A stretch of DNA of 64,000 nt from Felis catus (lineage: Eukaryota): the NCBI RefSeq assembly GCF_018350175.1, contig NC_058384.1:24242001-24306000 (forward strand), read 5' to 3'. Below, one piece after another: positions 23,767 through 37,250 of the stretch. The stretch's first letter is position 1; each line of letters starts with the position of its first letter. The notes under the pieces are model-generated. The model saw only the letters and a program-made list of their open reading frames with translations. It did not search any database and had not been told where the DNA came from. The translations under genes were made by a program, and so were the position numbers.

Positions 23767-25192
23767 ATCTTTCGATCCAGGAACTATGTCTTGAATAGAA
23801 TAAATAAGACTCAATCCTCACTTAAACTGTCTAATGGTATATCAAAGACAAAAGAAGTTCTTAAAAGCAATGGCGGGGCGGGGGGGGGGAGGGGATGGGC
23901 ATAATACAAAGGAATGGTAAATAGATAGCAGACATCTCAAAAGCAAACGGCAGAAGTGAGAAGACCTGGAATACTGTCTTCAAAGTGCTGAGTGAAAATA
24001 ACGGTCGCCCTTGAATTCCAGACCCAGCTAACAGAATTCTGAGAGTGAGCACAAAATAAAGACTTTCTCAGACAAAGACGGAGAGGGTTCACATTAACAG
24101 ACAACATGAAAAAAAGTAAAAGGAGGGAAGGGTAAGACGCAAGAAGGAAAGGCAGGTAAAGAAACTAGCAAATGCAGCCAAGCCCAACAAGCACTGACTG
24201 GACAAAATAACAAGAGTAGAACCACTGAGCCTGATTTTTCATTAAATATTTCAGGAATTATAAGCTCAAATTCTAAGACCTGAAGCATGTCTTTGTTCAG
24301 TCTCATCTCTGACCCACCACCTCTTGCCCCATTTTCCATGTCACTTCCTTTCTTGGACCTCCAAGCCTTACTGGGGCTCCAGGGGAAAGCACTAAACTCC
24401 GACCACAATTTTCAGGGGAAAAAGCAATGCCACTGTCGTACACCCCCGTGATTACGAGGTAGACCTTTGAAGGCTGTAGACTAGTGGTCCGCAGCCCGTC
24501 ATCTGAGAATCTAGCTTTGAACGACACTGTTCAAAGACTAAAGGTTCTTCCATTTGCACAATTCCATGAGGTCATTTCTGCTTTACAAAGGGTAACTCTA
24601 GCTCAATACTAGGCATCTCTGACCTTCAGATCAAGCACATCTTCCCTTATGGCTTCAAAATTCTTTCCAACCTCTTTGGAAAATGGATCATTAAATGTGG
24701 GGAGAGCAAAGAGTACATTTTCCACATTTTAAAAAATGCTAAGATCATAAAATATTTTGGAAATCGATGGCATAGAATCACCCTTATATGTACAAGAAAT
24801 ACGAAGGGTGACCATGTGGCCTGTTTTATTCATGATAAATGTTCAAACTCAGATACCGAAGGTTTTAACTCAAGCATCTTGGCAAGATTTCACCAAGGAG
24901 AGAATGTACTCCGTGTCTACCACACTTCATGCATGGCACTGCACCCTCACAGTCCTCTTACATGAAACTTTAGATTTTCATGAAAATATCTCTGCAGAGT
25001 TTGTGCATGTGTCAGACTTGGTGCAAAGAGAGGACCCAGGGGTGCTAGAGCACCCGGCACAATAAATATGGATAGCTGGGTTGGAGAGAAGTAGTGGGAA
25101 GCAGTTATATCAAAATGCATCTACAGTGGCTACTGCCTGAGGACAGGGAAGGAAAAGCAAGGGGGTAAAGGCATTAGCACTTAGGGCTACCT

Positions 25193-25409
25193 GGGGTGCC
25201 TGGGTGGCTCAGTCAGTTAAGTGTCTGACATCAGCTCAGGTCACGATCTCACGGTTCGTGAGTTCAAGCCCTGCATTGGGCTCTCTGCTGTCTACATGGA
25301 GCCTGCTTCAGATCCTCTGTCCCCCTCTCTCTATGCCTCTCCTCTGTTCATTATCTCTCTGTGTGTCTCAACATAAATGAATAAACTTCCAAAACAGGAA
25401 ATAAAAAAA
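25193..25409 (+). mobile_element. Can-SINE (older)
   Basis: GGGGTGCCTGGGTGGCTCAGTCAGTTAAG head, CT-rich body, A-rich tail. Confidence 0.9.
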
Positions 25410-26014
25410 GGACTAGATGTACCTGTGCAGACCTCTGACTGCCATAGCAGGTCCAGAAATTTCCAATTATTTCTCATGCAGAAGACCATCAAGATGCCTG
25501 GCACCCCTGGCCTCACCTCCTGAGGAGTCTGATTCCCTGTGTAGGTGTCCATCTTACCAACTGACAAGGCTTGGTCAGGTCCTCGGGTTACCTCACAAGA
25601 GAGTTCATTCTCCTCCAGGATTGCAGCCATGAAAAGATAGCAAGACGCTATGGAAACTCTACAGGGGACAACCCACGAGCTCAGAAATCTAGTGTTCAGG
25701 AGGGCCAGGGGAGGCATCTGGACAGAGGTTTGGCAAGATATCAAGACTACCTTCAAAATGCTTTCAATAAAATCACATGTCCCAGTGTAATCTTCAGATG
25801 TCACCTGATATCAGGTGGAAGCCTGAGCAGCTTCATTAGTGGGAGATCATGCCACCCACACCAGTAAGCACCTGCATATGTTAATTGGAAACATGACAAT
25901 ACCCAAGTTCATGTGCCATCCTTGCCTCCATGTCTCACTGGGGATCACCGAGGTAGGTGGATAGACAGTGCTGGGAAGTAGCAAAAACCCACAGAAACAG
26001 TCAGAATCCTGACC

Positions 26015-26045
<31 letters not shown>

Positions 26046-26954
26046 CTAAAAAAGACAGTAACAGAAAGTTGTTTCATGAAAAAATAACGGTGGCTCTCCA
26101 GGTACCCTTTGAGAGCGAGGCAGTGTTTGAGAAGCGTTACAACCCCACCAGTCGTGCACCAACCCACTGAGATGAACATTACTATTCTGGTCTCACAAAT
26201 GATGACACAGAAGTTCACACAACAGATAAGAGGTGGAAAGTTGGGATCTGTCAGGTCAGCATGGCTCCCAGGCCACCCTGCCACCAAAAAAAAAAAAAAA
26301 AAAAAAATCCAAAAAACTGTCCAATATGCCCTAGTCATTGTTCTTGCTCGTCCCTGGCAATGCGGACTGTGACACCCAGGGGATCAGACACAGGTATAGG
26401 TGTTCAAAGGCAAGAGCAAATTTATTAATCAAATGACAACCCTTGTTTCCTGGCACTGACCTCTTTGGCTTTCGTTTGATTCGTTAGCCTGACGTCTCTC
26501 GGAGTCTAACGTCTGAGAGATCAACTTGGTGACACAGACTAGATCCTCTATGGCTCTTCTGTAAAAATGGCTACCATCAAAGCACGAGGGCTAATTAAGC
26601 TAACAGTTTCTCATTCTTTCCTCCCGCCCTCCGCACCCTTTCCCTCTGCCTTGTCCTCCTTCCCTCATCTTCTTCCTCCTCCACTTTTTACCTCCTGCCC
26701 CATCTTTCCTTCCTCTCTTCCTTCACGAAGTATTTTTCCCATGGGCAGTATAGTAAAAAGGTATCTTGGCTCTATGGCCAAATCTTGAGTTTGAATCCAG
26801 ATCTTCCAATAACTAACAAACTATTTACCCCGTCTGTGCCTTACTTTCCCGGTCTATAAAGTTGGCATAACAATAGGACCTACCACTTAGGTTATTTTGT
26901 GGGTTGGATGAAAAATACGTGTATTGTCCTTAAAACAGTGTTGGCCCATGGCTC

Positions 26955-28135
26955 AGTTTATTCATTCAATAAATATTTATCAATTATCTACTATGTGCCA
27001 GGCACCATTCTAGGTTCCGGGGAGACAGCAAGGAACAGAAACCAGACATATGTGCCTGCCTTCGTGGACTCTGCATTGGAGATAATCAACAGACACATAC
27101 AGCAAACAGTATGTCACATGGAGGTAAAGGCAGTGGAGAAATTCAAAGCAGGCGAAGGTGACAGAGTGTGCCACGGGAGGTAAGGCAGATGGGGCATGGT
27201 ATTAAGTAAAGTGGTTGGCAGAAGGCTGAGAAGGTGATGTTTCAGCAAGCATCTGAAGGGAGTGAGTGAGTGAGTCATTTGGCTATTTGGGGAGCAGTGT
27301 TCTGAGCAGAAGAAACGGCACGCCTAGCGTGTTCAGGGAGGTGTGGGTGGCTGGAAAGCAGAGGAGAGTGAGCAGAAAAAGATGAGGACAGACAGTTAAG
27401 GGACAGGCAGGGCTGGGATGACACGGCAGTCCCTGAAGGGTCGTGAGGGCCACTGTAAGGACACCTGATTTTCCTCAAAGGGAGACAGGAGTTATGAACT
27501 TGGCTATGGAGTGCCTCCTGCATGCGTGGCACTGAGCTGGGCAAATAGCCACGAGTGCGATGGACAAGGGTCCCGCTCTCCAGCGGCTTACGTTCCGCCA
27601 CAGGAAGCAGCCAGTGTGACCGAGAGTGATGGGGGAAGGCAGTGGCATCAGAGAGGGCTCTCAGGAGCGAACGCTGTTGCCCATATCTGAAGGGACCAGC
27701 CACAGAGAACGGGCATGCCAGGCCACGGGAACATCTGGTGCAAAGGCCCTGAAGCAAGAACGAGCCTGGTGTGGTTGGCAGATGGCTAGAAGCTGGGCGT
27801 GGCTGGGTCGCAGCGAACAAGGGGGCAGGTCGGATGAGAGGAAGGTGGTCAAGAAGGTTGGGGGAAGATCAGGAGAGTCCTCCTCAGCCACGATAAGGAG
27901 TCTGGGTGCTATCTTACAATAAAAGCATCAGAGGTTTTTAAGCAAGGAAGCGGTACCATCTGGTGTGTGTTTTATGCGAATACCAGACTATTTGGTGGAG
28001 AATGGACTGTTGAGGCAAGGCTGGGGCCAGAAGCCAGTAAGGATGTTATGGGAGTGGTCCAGGTAGGAGATGATGGTCGTCCATACCAGAGAGAACAGTG
28101 GAGAAGAAGGAATCGATTTAGAACATGTACTGGGT
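26955..28135 (-). mobile_element. L2 LINE 3' region (degenerate), preceded by a MIR at about 26740-26955
   Basis: ATTCATTCAATAAATATTTAT..TACTATGTGCCAGGCACCATTCTAGG; TGCAAAGGCCCTGA; GGTCCAGGTAGGAGATGATGGT. Confidence 0.72.
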
Positions 28136-28259
28136 TCACGACAGAAAGATTAACAGGTGAGTGAACTGCTCTTCACTTCCGCCCTGGCTCAGGGCTGCGG
28201 TACTGAACATCCTGTCCCTTCTCCGATGAGACCCTCTGGGACCCGCGGGTGACACTCAC

Positions 28260-28349
28260 AGGCTGAGCCTCTTCACCATGCTCTTCCGAGGCTTGGGAGA
28301 GGTGGCACTGGCGTCAGCAGCCGCTTCGATCTCGCAGGACAGGGCGTAG
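28260..28349 (-). CDS. RGL1: RGL1 exon (~14), 90 nt
   Basis: Acceptor CCCCAG|C, donor CT|GTGAGT; (S)YALSCEIEAAADASATSPKPRKSMVKRLS. Confidence 0.95.
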
Positions 28350-29749
28350 CTGGGGAAGAAGAAGGGAGCTTGTGAGGTCAGAGCCTGCGAACTGACGAAG
28401 CGACGGAAGCGCACACGGTCTGCCCGTTTTGTTTTAGAGGAAGTCTCTGACCGTTCAAGGTAAAGATACACACCATGTTGTTCCCCCACCAATCTCAGAG
28501 GCCAATCTCATGGCCAAGTTTTAAAAATTTATATGTGTGCTTCCTCCCCTCACCCCCACCCTGGCCTATGGACCGAGGCTGTTTAGTGCCGCATGCCTCG
28601 GAGAGGGACTGTGTGCTCTGGCAGCATTGAAGGCTGACTCCACTGCTTCCTGATCATTCTCATCCCGCTACTAAGCCAGGGGGAGAATTACTTCTTGTCT
28701 GGTACCCTCCCCTCATCACTTTGTGTGTGTGTGTCTGCACGTGCTCAACTCTTTGTCTAAGAGAAATGAAAGAAGAGACTTTTGTAAACTATTTAATCTT
28801 TAGCGAACAGAGGCAGTTATATTATTGGTAAAGATATGTTAAATATGGTTTTTAAGTGCTGAAACAGCCTAAATTAAAAACGCTCCAAATTCGGACATCT
28901 ATGTGCCAGGCAGATGTACGTAACTTCCATAAGCACAAGAGGAATTTATATATGACTTGAAATGTCTTTTATGAAAGCTTGTAGCTCTAAATAGATGTAC
29001 TTGGTTCTGGGTAGGTGAGGAAGGGTCAGTGTGGTAAATAGTAGCTCGGTAAGTTGTTAATTACGTGTACTTTTTTTAAACCGAAGGACGCATCCAGGTA
29101 TTTGCTCATATGCAGGTATTCGTCGATAAAGGAATTTTTCAAATATTAGCTTAAGCTCTAGAGGTGGTTATAAATCTGACAGAAAAAATAGGATATGTTT
29201 AGCAAGATTCTTCTAATCACTAAAACGTCAATTATTACAATTAACAAAACGTGAATTGTTAGAGCTGATATTGTGGGCCTAGACTTTCCAATCCAGACCA
29301 CCAGCCATGATATGTATGTCCCCTATGTGAGAAGGACGTACACATAGAGAGAAAATTAATTCATACAAACTGATCATCAGAGCAGAAATGTAAAGAGAGG
29401 CAGTAACTGCTTTATTTTCTACATGGCAAAGAAAAAAAATCTTCACCAACCAATGAGCACTGAATCATAGGTTTTAATGTAACAGGGATTACAAAGGACC
29501 TCAAATAATCTATCTTCCAAATGAGGGAACTGAGGCATACAGAGGTTATGTGATTTGCCCAACCATTATACAACCACCTGATGAGTCTAGGTTGGAGAGT
29601 CAAGAAGACTGGAGTTTAAATCCAAACTCCATCACTGACTAGTTGAGTTATTCTCTGAATCTCAATGTCCTCATTGGCCAAATACTTATTTTGCTTTCAG
29701 TTTTGCTCTCCCTGATGGTAAACTTTCAAGGATATCCCCCAGTCTACAG

Positions 29750-30035
29750 CAGGGGTCAGCAAATATTTTCTGTAAAGGGCCAGATAGTAAGTGTTTTAGG
29801 CTTTGCGGGCTATACGGTCTCTCTCCCACCTAATTAGCTGCCTTTAAAGCATGAAAGCAACCATAAATAAGATGTCAATGAATGGGCTGTATTCCAATAA
29901 AACTTTATTTACGAATACTAAAACTTAGATGTCAAACAATTGTCCATGTTACAATCTTCCCCTTTTTTTGAACTATTTAAAAATGTAAAAACATGTGGTG
30001 TGCCAGATATGGCCTGTAGATTCCAATCTGCTAGA
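29750..30035. mobile_element. MER58-like hAT-Charlie DNA transposon
   Basis: CAGGGGTCAGCAAA..TTTTCTGTAAAGGGCCAGATAGTAA..TTTTAGGCTTTGCGGGC and TTCCAATAAAACTTTATTTAC. Confidence 0.82.
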
Positions 30036-30820
30036 CTACAGGGTAAAGACTAACACCCTTGCTGGGCCAACAGTCAAAGCACTGGAGCTAATGTCCTTTT
30101 CCATGCGTATCAACCAAGACTTCGAAAACTGTCCCTTGTGTCCCAGCCAACAGAATTCTCACTGTTCTTCCAAATGCCAACCACGTCAGGCCACCAAGCC
30201 TTTGCTCATGTTCTTCCCTCTGTACCGAATTTTCTTTCCCACTTCTCCTGGTGAAATCTTACCTTTTCCTTCACAGCCTAGCCCAAATATTTACCCCTTT
30301 TCGATCATCTTCCCGACCTTCCCTCATCCTGAAGAAATGTTCCTGCCTCCAGATCCCGTAGCAGTTTAGTTACCCACCATATTTCAATTTTTCATGAATC
30401 TGTCTCTCCTTCCCAGTTGAAAGCTCCCTGGAAAGCCGGTACCAATGAACAAAAATGACAAACATGGTGACGGTGGTGGTGGTGACCTTCACTTTAACAA
30501 TGCTTTTCCAAATATGATTTCACCTAATCCTCACAAACAAACATCTTCTAGATGAGTATGCTGAAGATCAGGCAGAAAAAGTGACTTGTTCAAGGTTACA
30601 AAGATAAATAAATGGTGGAGCCAAGAATGTGAAAGCACATCTTCTGATGCCATCAGTTCAGCTTTTCCTGCTATACCATTACCCTTCGGAGACGGAGGAT
30701 CTAGAATCTGGTAGCTGGTCAATAAATAGTTGCTGAATAAAGGGGCAAGCGAGGAACTGGATGTAGTATTCCTCTCACCAACGCCTTAGCTCTATCCTGA
30801 CAGGCAATACATGTACCTAC

Positions 30821-30942
30821 CTTTCCTCCTCTGTTAGAAGCTGCTGTCTCTGAAACCACTGGATGAACTTTTGGTCTGGGGTCATACAATAGCTGTTGCA
30901 GGCAGACTGTAAGAGTTTTATTTGGGCAATCACTTCGAATTC
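30821..30942 (-). CDS. RGL1: RGL1 exon (~13), 122 nt, end of CDC25 domain
   Basis: Acceptor CTGTAG|GAA, donor AG|GTAGGT; EFEVIAQIKLLQSACNSYCMTPDQKFIQWFQRQQLLTEEE. Confidence 0.95.
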
Positions 30943-31110
30943 CTACAGCAGACGGAACACCAAAAAGAAAGTAAATAAAAAGGCCAACCAAATAGTGTAT
31001 ACATCTTTCCAACATGAAAACACACCACATTAGGATAAACAATGGAGAAAAACATCGAGGAGAACTCTCAAGTACTGCCTTTCTTAGAAATAAAAGAATT
31101 GTGAACTTTA

Positions 31111-31325
31111 AGGGCGCCTGGGTGGCTCAGCTGGTTGAGCATCTGACTTTATTCAGCTCAGTTCATGACCTCACAGTCTGTGGATTCGAGCCCCGCAACG
31201 GGCTCTGTACTGACAGCTCAGAGTCTGGAGCCTGCTTCAGGTTCTGTGTCTCCCTCTCTCTCTCTGCCCCTCCACCATTCACACTCTTGTCTATCTCTCT
31301 AAAAAATAAACATAAAAAAATTAAA
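31111..31325 (+). mobile_element. Can-SINE
   Basis: GGGCGCCTGGGTGGCTCAG head; flanked by degenerate AAAAGAATTGT.AA.TTTA repeats. Confidence 0.92.
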
Positions 31326-32299
31326 AAAGAATTGTTAATTTTAACTCTAAATCCCTGAAGTCTTTGTATGTTTATTTGTCAATCCTCCCTTCTCCTTGAA
31401 AAAGCAATTTATATGAATAAAACAAGCTAGCAGAGCAACCCAAACTAGTTATTACCTAAAGCCACAGTGGCTTCCTTTTTCTCTTTTATGTTTTCATTCT
31501 AGGGATAGAAAAGCTATTTTTTAAAGTTGTGTACTTTCAAAGTACATTTCAAATTTCCATGACTATGTCCTAAAAGATAAAGGCAAAAATGAACTTTATG
31601 TCAGGAGGCTCCTAGGTTCCCCTTCCCCATCTTCTTCAACCCTTACCCCTCAGTAAATAAGTTTGGGTAGAGCTGAAAAGCTAAACAGTCTAGGGCCTCA
31701 TAAACTCGAATGTTTGGATTTCCCAAATCCTTGGGTTTTTACTACTCCAGTAAATCCTTTAACTAAATCTTTTAAAGCTCAGAAGAGAAGCAAGTATATA
31801 ATTATGTCCAGTATTATTTATACCTCTTCCGATGTTTCAATAAAGATTTTTTTTTAAGTCAACAAAGGGTATAAGCTTTAGCTTTAATACTCAAATTTTC
31901 CAAAGGTTTAACATGCTAGTCTTAAAAGGAAAGAGAGTACCATCCAGGGTTATTCCCAAGTTCAAGGACAAAGATGGGTGACTCTGGAGGGCAATAAGTA
32001 AATTTGTTTTATCATTCCAGGACATGACAGAAGAAATTCAACAATGAGCAGATTCTGTGGGCATCAACTTCCCATCCAATGACTTCAGCTCTTGGTCTCC
32101 ATATCCTTAAGGAATATTTATCATCATGCTCTACTCTGCCAGGGACAGGAGACTTAAAGTTGTCCATGTTAGCGTATCTTGTTACCAGTGAGCTCAGCCT
32201 GGTTGGCTCCTGAAGTTTTGATTTTAACTCAATGTTATTTCCTCCTGGAAGTTTCTCTGGCTCCACAAGTTGGGGACAGATGCCCCTCCTACATATTCC

Positions 32300-32510
32300 T
32301 GTGATACCCTCTACTTCTCACAAGCCCTTATCTGCTGTATTATAACTTCCTTACTGTCTACCTTCCTCCTGGATTGTGAACTTTATGAGGGCAGGGGGCT
32401 CCGGGTTTTCTCTGCTGCAATCCCCAAACCTATCAGAGTGGTCCACCCATGTTAAGTATGCCAGCAATATTTGTGGAATGAATGAATGAATGAATGAATG
32501 AATGAATAAG
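32300..32510 (+). mobile_element. L2 3' end with (GAAT)n tail
   Basis: GATTGTGAACTTTATGAGGGCAGGG...AATATTTGTGGAATGAATGAATG. Confidence 0.7.
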
Positions 32511-33188
32511 TAAAGAACAAGGAGTGCTGGGCGGGGGTGGGGGGCGGTGAAGGCATTATTTTGCTCATTCTCCTTTGAATCATTTACATATCTCTTCAAA
32601 CACACTACTTTAACTCTAAAACCATAGTAAATTTTCAAAGCTCTGTTTTATCTTTTCCAGAGCAGTGCAAAACTGTCCACTATTCTATCCACAGAAACAT
32701 TCAAGTTGACGTTGAACACCCCCTTCTCGTGTTGACAAGAAAGGAAAAGAATAACCATCCGCATGTAACAGTCAAGATCCTCTCCTTTCCTCCCTCAGAC
32801 CAAGAGTTCACCATCTTTATTAACTCTTCTATGTCATTTACTCTTATGAAGGTCCTTCTCCTTCACAGGGTGAACCTGTTGTTGCCCAAGCTAATTAGAA
32901 ACAATGAGATGGGCGGGGCAGGGGGTGGTAAGGAAAGAAATGTGGGTTCTGGAGCAGCAGGACAGGGCTTGTGTCCTGGGTCCACTACCAGGAGACCCTT
33001 GGTCAAGTTGAGGAAGATAAAACCTACTTCACAGCACTCTGGGTGAGTAATACATAGGAAGGCACAAGTCACAATGGTATATGATGAATGCTTGATAGGT
33101 GCTAATTGAAAACTTAAGTCTCCTCTTCTTTTTTTTTTAATGCCCAGATGAAGTAAAATGGAAAACTACAGCCAAGACCTCTACTTAC

Positions 33189-33221
33189 CCTTCTCCTTTT
33201 CTCAAAGTTTATCAGCCCACC
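33189..33221 (-). CDS. RGL1: RGL1 exon (~12), 33-nt micro-exon
   Basis: Acceptor TTTCAG|GGT, donor AGG|GTAAGT; GGLINFEKRRR (conserved INFEK motif). Confidence 0.94.
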
Positions 33222-33458
33222 CTGAAAGAAATTAAATTAAAAAAATAGTGACAAACCAAGCTACTTTGAAACACAGCCCTACATTGTCCCATGTCTCATT
33301 AAAATATATCACAGGGATAATAAAGTCACAATTATTAATGACACTACAATTTTAGCTCCTATGTAGGAAGAGAAGCAGCATTTGCTTCAAGAAAAACATT
33401 CTTTTAATTATAATAGGACAGGATAGGCAGACAGCCTTCTTATAAAATGTCTGATACT

Positions 33459-33624
33459 GGGATGCCTGAGTGGCTGAGCTTCTGACTCTTGATTTAGGAT
33501 CAGGTCATGATCCCAGGGTCATGGGATCAAGCCCCACGTCCAGTTCGATGCTGAGCGTGGAGCCTGCTTAAAATTTTCTCTCTCTCTCTGCCCCTCTCCC
33601 CTGCCCACACATGTACTCTCTCTC

Positions 33625-33691
<67 letters not shown>

Positions 33692-33698
33692 TAAAAAG
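33459..33698 (+). mobile_element. Can-SINE (older) whose tail has become a (TA)~30 microsatellite (33628-33688)
   Basis: GGGATGCCTGAGTGGCT head, CAGGTCATGATCCCAGGGTC, (CT)n, (TA)n. Confidence 0.88.
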
Positions 33699-34320
33699 AA
33701 ACAGTCTGAAATTAGCTAAAGTAGTAATGATAAGGAAGTTACAATTCAGAATCCAAATATATTTGTAGAGCCAGTAAGGGCAAAAGCTTGAGTACATGTT
33801 CCATTACGCTTTATTTCTTGACCCAAAGCAACAAAAACAGACGGTCATTGACTCATACTGGAAACCAAATTGTCAATGGTTTATCAAAAGGGAAGTCCTT
33901 TCTACACAGCTTCACAAAAAACTTAAGTTTCAATTCTTCATCCTGCGGCTCCTGTTCTCAGTAGGCTGAATTTAACTTCTAGATCACTGGTCACTCCCCC
34001 AAAATTCCCCAATGCGAATGAGTGTTTCCTGAGATAAGCCAAGGCAGAGGACGGGAAGAGATAGAGCTCAGGAAATGCAAAATGAATGCACATGCCCACA
34101 ACAGCACAAGGAACTCAGAAGTAGGTTTGTGCAAAACAACTGCCCCGCCTGCTAATTCTGATGGAGTAAAAGCAGGCTCATCTCATGAGATAACCAGGGA
34201 GGGGAGGTAAACTTAGATACACGAGCAATCCTTAAATCTCATTTCAAATGTCAAATTTCTTCTCCACTTAGTATTTTATTACAGCTACTAACAAGTGGCT
34301 TAAATTTCACTTCTCTTCCC

Positions 34321-34324
<4 letters not shown>

Positions 34325-34368
<44 letters not shown>
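34325..34368. repeat. (GA)n microsatellite
   Basis: Read directly. Confidence 0.95.
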
Positions 34369-34372
<4 letters not shown>

Positions 34373-34785
34373 CATGCACGCATGCAGGAGACAGTACAAG
34401 AGCGCCTCGGGGCATCTGACTGCCTCCCTACCCCACCAAGTGGAATATAAAGACAGATCACCCTTCAGGCCCACGTGCCAAAGTCCTACTCAACATAAGG
34501 TCTTTCTCACACCCGCTGCTTCATGAGGCCTTGCTGTCACCCCCGCGTGTGGAACTGACAGTGGCCTGCTTTCTTCTCTCACTGCATTTCTGTTGGAAAT
34601 CTTACTACTTCCACAGTCACTGCCTGCTTCGATGTAGAGCTCCCACTGAATTGTGGGCCACTTACTCTTCTTTGTATTCCACGTGGCACTGAACACAGTG
34701 CCAGATACATAACGGGCCCTGAATAGACACCAATTAAGTGAATTTCTCTCTTGGGTATCCGAGTCACCAGGTGCACACGACTCAC

Positions 34786-34872
34786 CTCAATGTAGTCCTG
34801 AAGAGCAGTGTCAAGCATGGTGAGGTCGGTCAGGAAGGTGCCCAGGTAGGGCACAGTTCCCTGCATCACGCC
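34786..34872 (-). CDS. RGL1: RGL1 exon (~11), 87 nt
   Basis: Acceptor CTTCAG|GGC, donor GAG|GTGAGT; GVMQGTVPYLGTFLTDLTMLDTALQDYIE (RasGEF PYLG..LTDL motif). Confidence 0.96.
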
Positions 34873-35411
34873 CTGAAGAGCAAGCACAGCAAAATGGTCT
34901 TTGTCGTGACTGAAAAGTTGAAGGGTTTCAACAGCCTCCGCGTGGAAGTGAATGAGCCTACTGTTGGCCAAATGGGGCAAGTGACCATTCACAGATGAAA
35001 GCGGCAGTCTCTGAATGGCCAGGTGGGCTTTGACAACATCTGGAGAAAAGTTACAGTCCATTCAAGACCTGACTTGGGGCCATTAGGGCTAACCTCCGTG
35101 AATGAAGTTTTTAAAACTTCTAAAAAAGACAGGCATTCTATCACCCAATCTCTAACTTTCAAAGTTATGAAAACAAGCCTTACAGCCAGGAGATCATACA
35201 AGTACGTTCGAGGGTGTTCACGGAAGGATTCATATTGTGTGCACGCTATTCAAGGGATGCCTTTTCTCTTTCAGAGTGTGTGGATATTCCTGGTGGCTTG
35301 GAATGGCCTCACCATCAGCAGGAGTGGAACGCCACACACTGAAGGAGACTGGAGGCCACAAGACGGTGGAGTGTCACTATTAAAATGATCTCTTGGGCTA
35401 GACTTTGTGGC

Positions 35412-35995
35412 TCACTTCCAAAGCACAGAGGTGGCACAGGGAAAACTAATAACTTCAAAGTGGAAAATCTGGCAAAATACTACTTTAACCAAGTGACTAA
35501 GGCGAACATCACCCACGACACCACACGTCACACACTCCTTGATAGGATGTGATGAGAATGGCACTTTACCTCTGTGATAGTCCTCGCCCAAACCCATAAC
35601 CTCAGCATACTCACTAGAAAACAGCAGAGACACACTCTTACCGTGGGCCATCCTAAGGATAACAAGACAGTATTCCCTAAGACTGTCAAGGTCACGAGAA
35701 ACTATCACAGAGCAGAGCAGACTGGGGAGACAGGACCGCTAAACGCGGTGTGGTTCCCTGGCCAGGCTCCCGGAGCAGAAAGAGCATACCAATGCAAAAG
35801 TGGTGAAGTCCGAACAGAGTCTGGATTTTAGTTCACAGTAGCATGCAGGTGTTAGTGCCTTAGTGTCGACAGATGTGCCACAGTGAGAGACGGTGTTAAC
35901 AATCGGGGAAACGGAGTGAGGGCTTCACAGAAACTCTATGTATTATCTGGAACTTTTCTGTAAACTCCATAATAAAAAGTTCACTTAAAAAAAAA
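35412..35995 (+). mobile_element. L1MC-type 3' UTR fragment
   Basis: GATGTGATGAGAATGGCACTTTACCTCTGTG and AATAAAAAGTT-polyA end; similar to 63120-63745. Confidence 0.78.
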
Positions 35996-37250
35996 CTGTC
36001 CCTTGGAAATGAAGGTAGAATCACTGCGACTGCAGGTGTACACAGTATTGATGTCACCAAATTTCCTTTGATATCATGTCAATTCTCCCTAAGGCCACTG
36101 AGGCACTAACCATTCTGAAGAGAAAATAAAAAGGGGCTTGCATGGACGCCTTCTCCTCACATCATTCAGGCACATATGGAAGTTCTGGAAGAAAACAATG
36201 TCTCAGCCAGGGCAAGACCAGGCTGCTCCATGTGAGGCTGGCTAGGAGATCATACATGTTCGAGTGTTCACAGAAGGATAAAACTCTAAGTAGGAGTTCT
36301 TGGCCAGAACTTCCGGCAGAGGTTCACCTTGAGGACTCATTCTCAGAGGCAGTTTTGTCCTTCCCTGTTAGAGCACAAGGTCTCAGCCTGAACTAAAATA
36401 ATTTTTTTAATAGCTATTTTTAACTTATCTTTGGACAACCAAAAAAAAGTCTGAAATGCTGTGAAATGTTCTACCGGCTTTATGTTACAGAAGAGTCCTA
36501 TCATTCAAACTCAACGTTTCTGATTTATGTCCAACCTTCCGAAGAGGAGAAAGGTTGTCAGTCTTTCATCTCCTCTCTCTGGTTTTCCCCCTTCCATGCT
36601 AAAAGAAGAGTTTTTAAAATAAGGCTAAAGATGGTAACTATCTCTCAGTCTTAAGGAGGAAGGTATGGTGCTCCTTTCAGTACTGAAAAACGAGGGGAAA
36701 AAAAAAGGTCTGGTTAGTCCTTGGGATTAGTATGGAAAGTGGAAAATGGGGAGGGTTTCGAACAAACGAAAAGATCTGCCAGTATGTGGACCAAGTCCTC
36801 CTGGGAGAAGACACTTTCCTCAGGTCCTGGGTCACCATGTGTCCAAAGTTGACTAGAGGAGGCATTCCTGTTGGGGAACTGAAGCCCAGGAGGTCCCAAC
36901 GCCAAGGTTAGCAGCAGCTCCCAAGGGCAGAAGTGGATGGAGGAAGCCAGCAAGAGGGAAGGGAGCCTACCCGCAGCAGACTCTGCCTTACCTCTAGAAG
37001 AACAAACGCTCCAGAGAACGCTCAGATTTGTGACTCTCAGTGTTTATTTGCCACTGGGTCAGATGGGAGCGGGAGTGACAATGTCTCTGCTACAGACCTC
37101 CCAGGGTTGCTGAGAATACACGAAGTAGAGGATGGAGACCGTTCTTGAAAGCGGGGGCATCCTGTAGACGGGGTGCCAAGCAGGAGCCCCACCGCCCACA
37201 CAGGGCTGCCTTCTGATGGACCCTCGGGGAAGACCGGGGGCCATACGTAC

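Larger units (their letters stand above)
22620..24170 (+). mobile_element. Ancient L1 (L1M/L1ME-like) 5' region and ORF1 remnant
   Basis: A-rich degenerate ORF1-like motifs, e.g. GCAGACATCTCAAAAG and TGGAATACTGTCTTCAAAGTGCTGAGTGAAAATAAC; boundaries approximate. Confidence 0.65.

Noticed and set aside
27275-27820. Longest ORF in the track (181 aa)
   Set aside because: Lies in a degenerate L2 region; no domain or splice support.
34579-35061. 160-aa ORF around exon ~11, and similar in-frame extensions of other exons in the ORF track
   Set aside because: RGL1 similarity is confined to the GT-AG-bounded exon; the flanks are chance read-through of intron.
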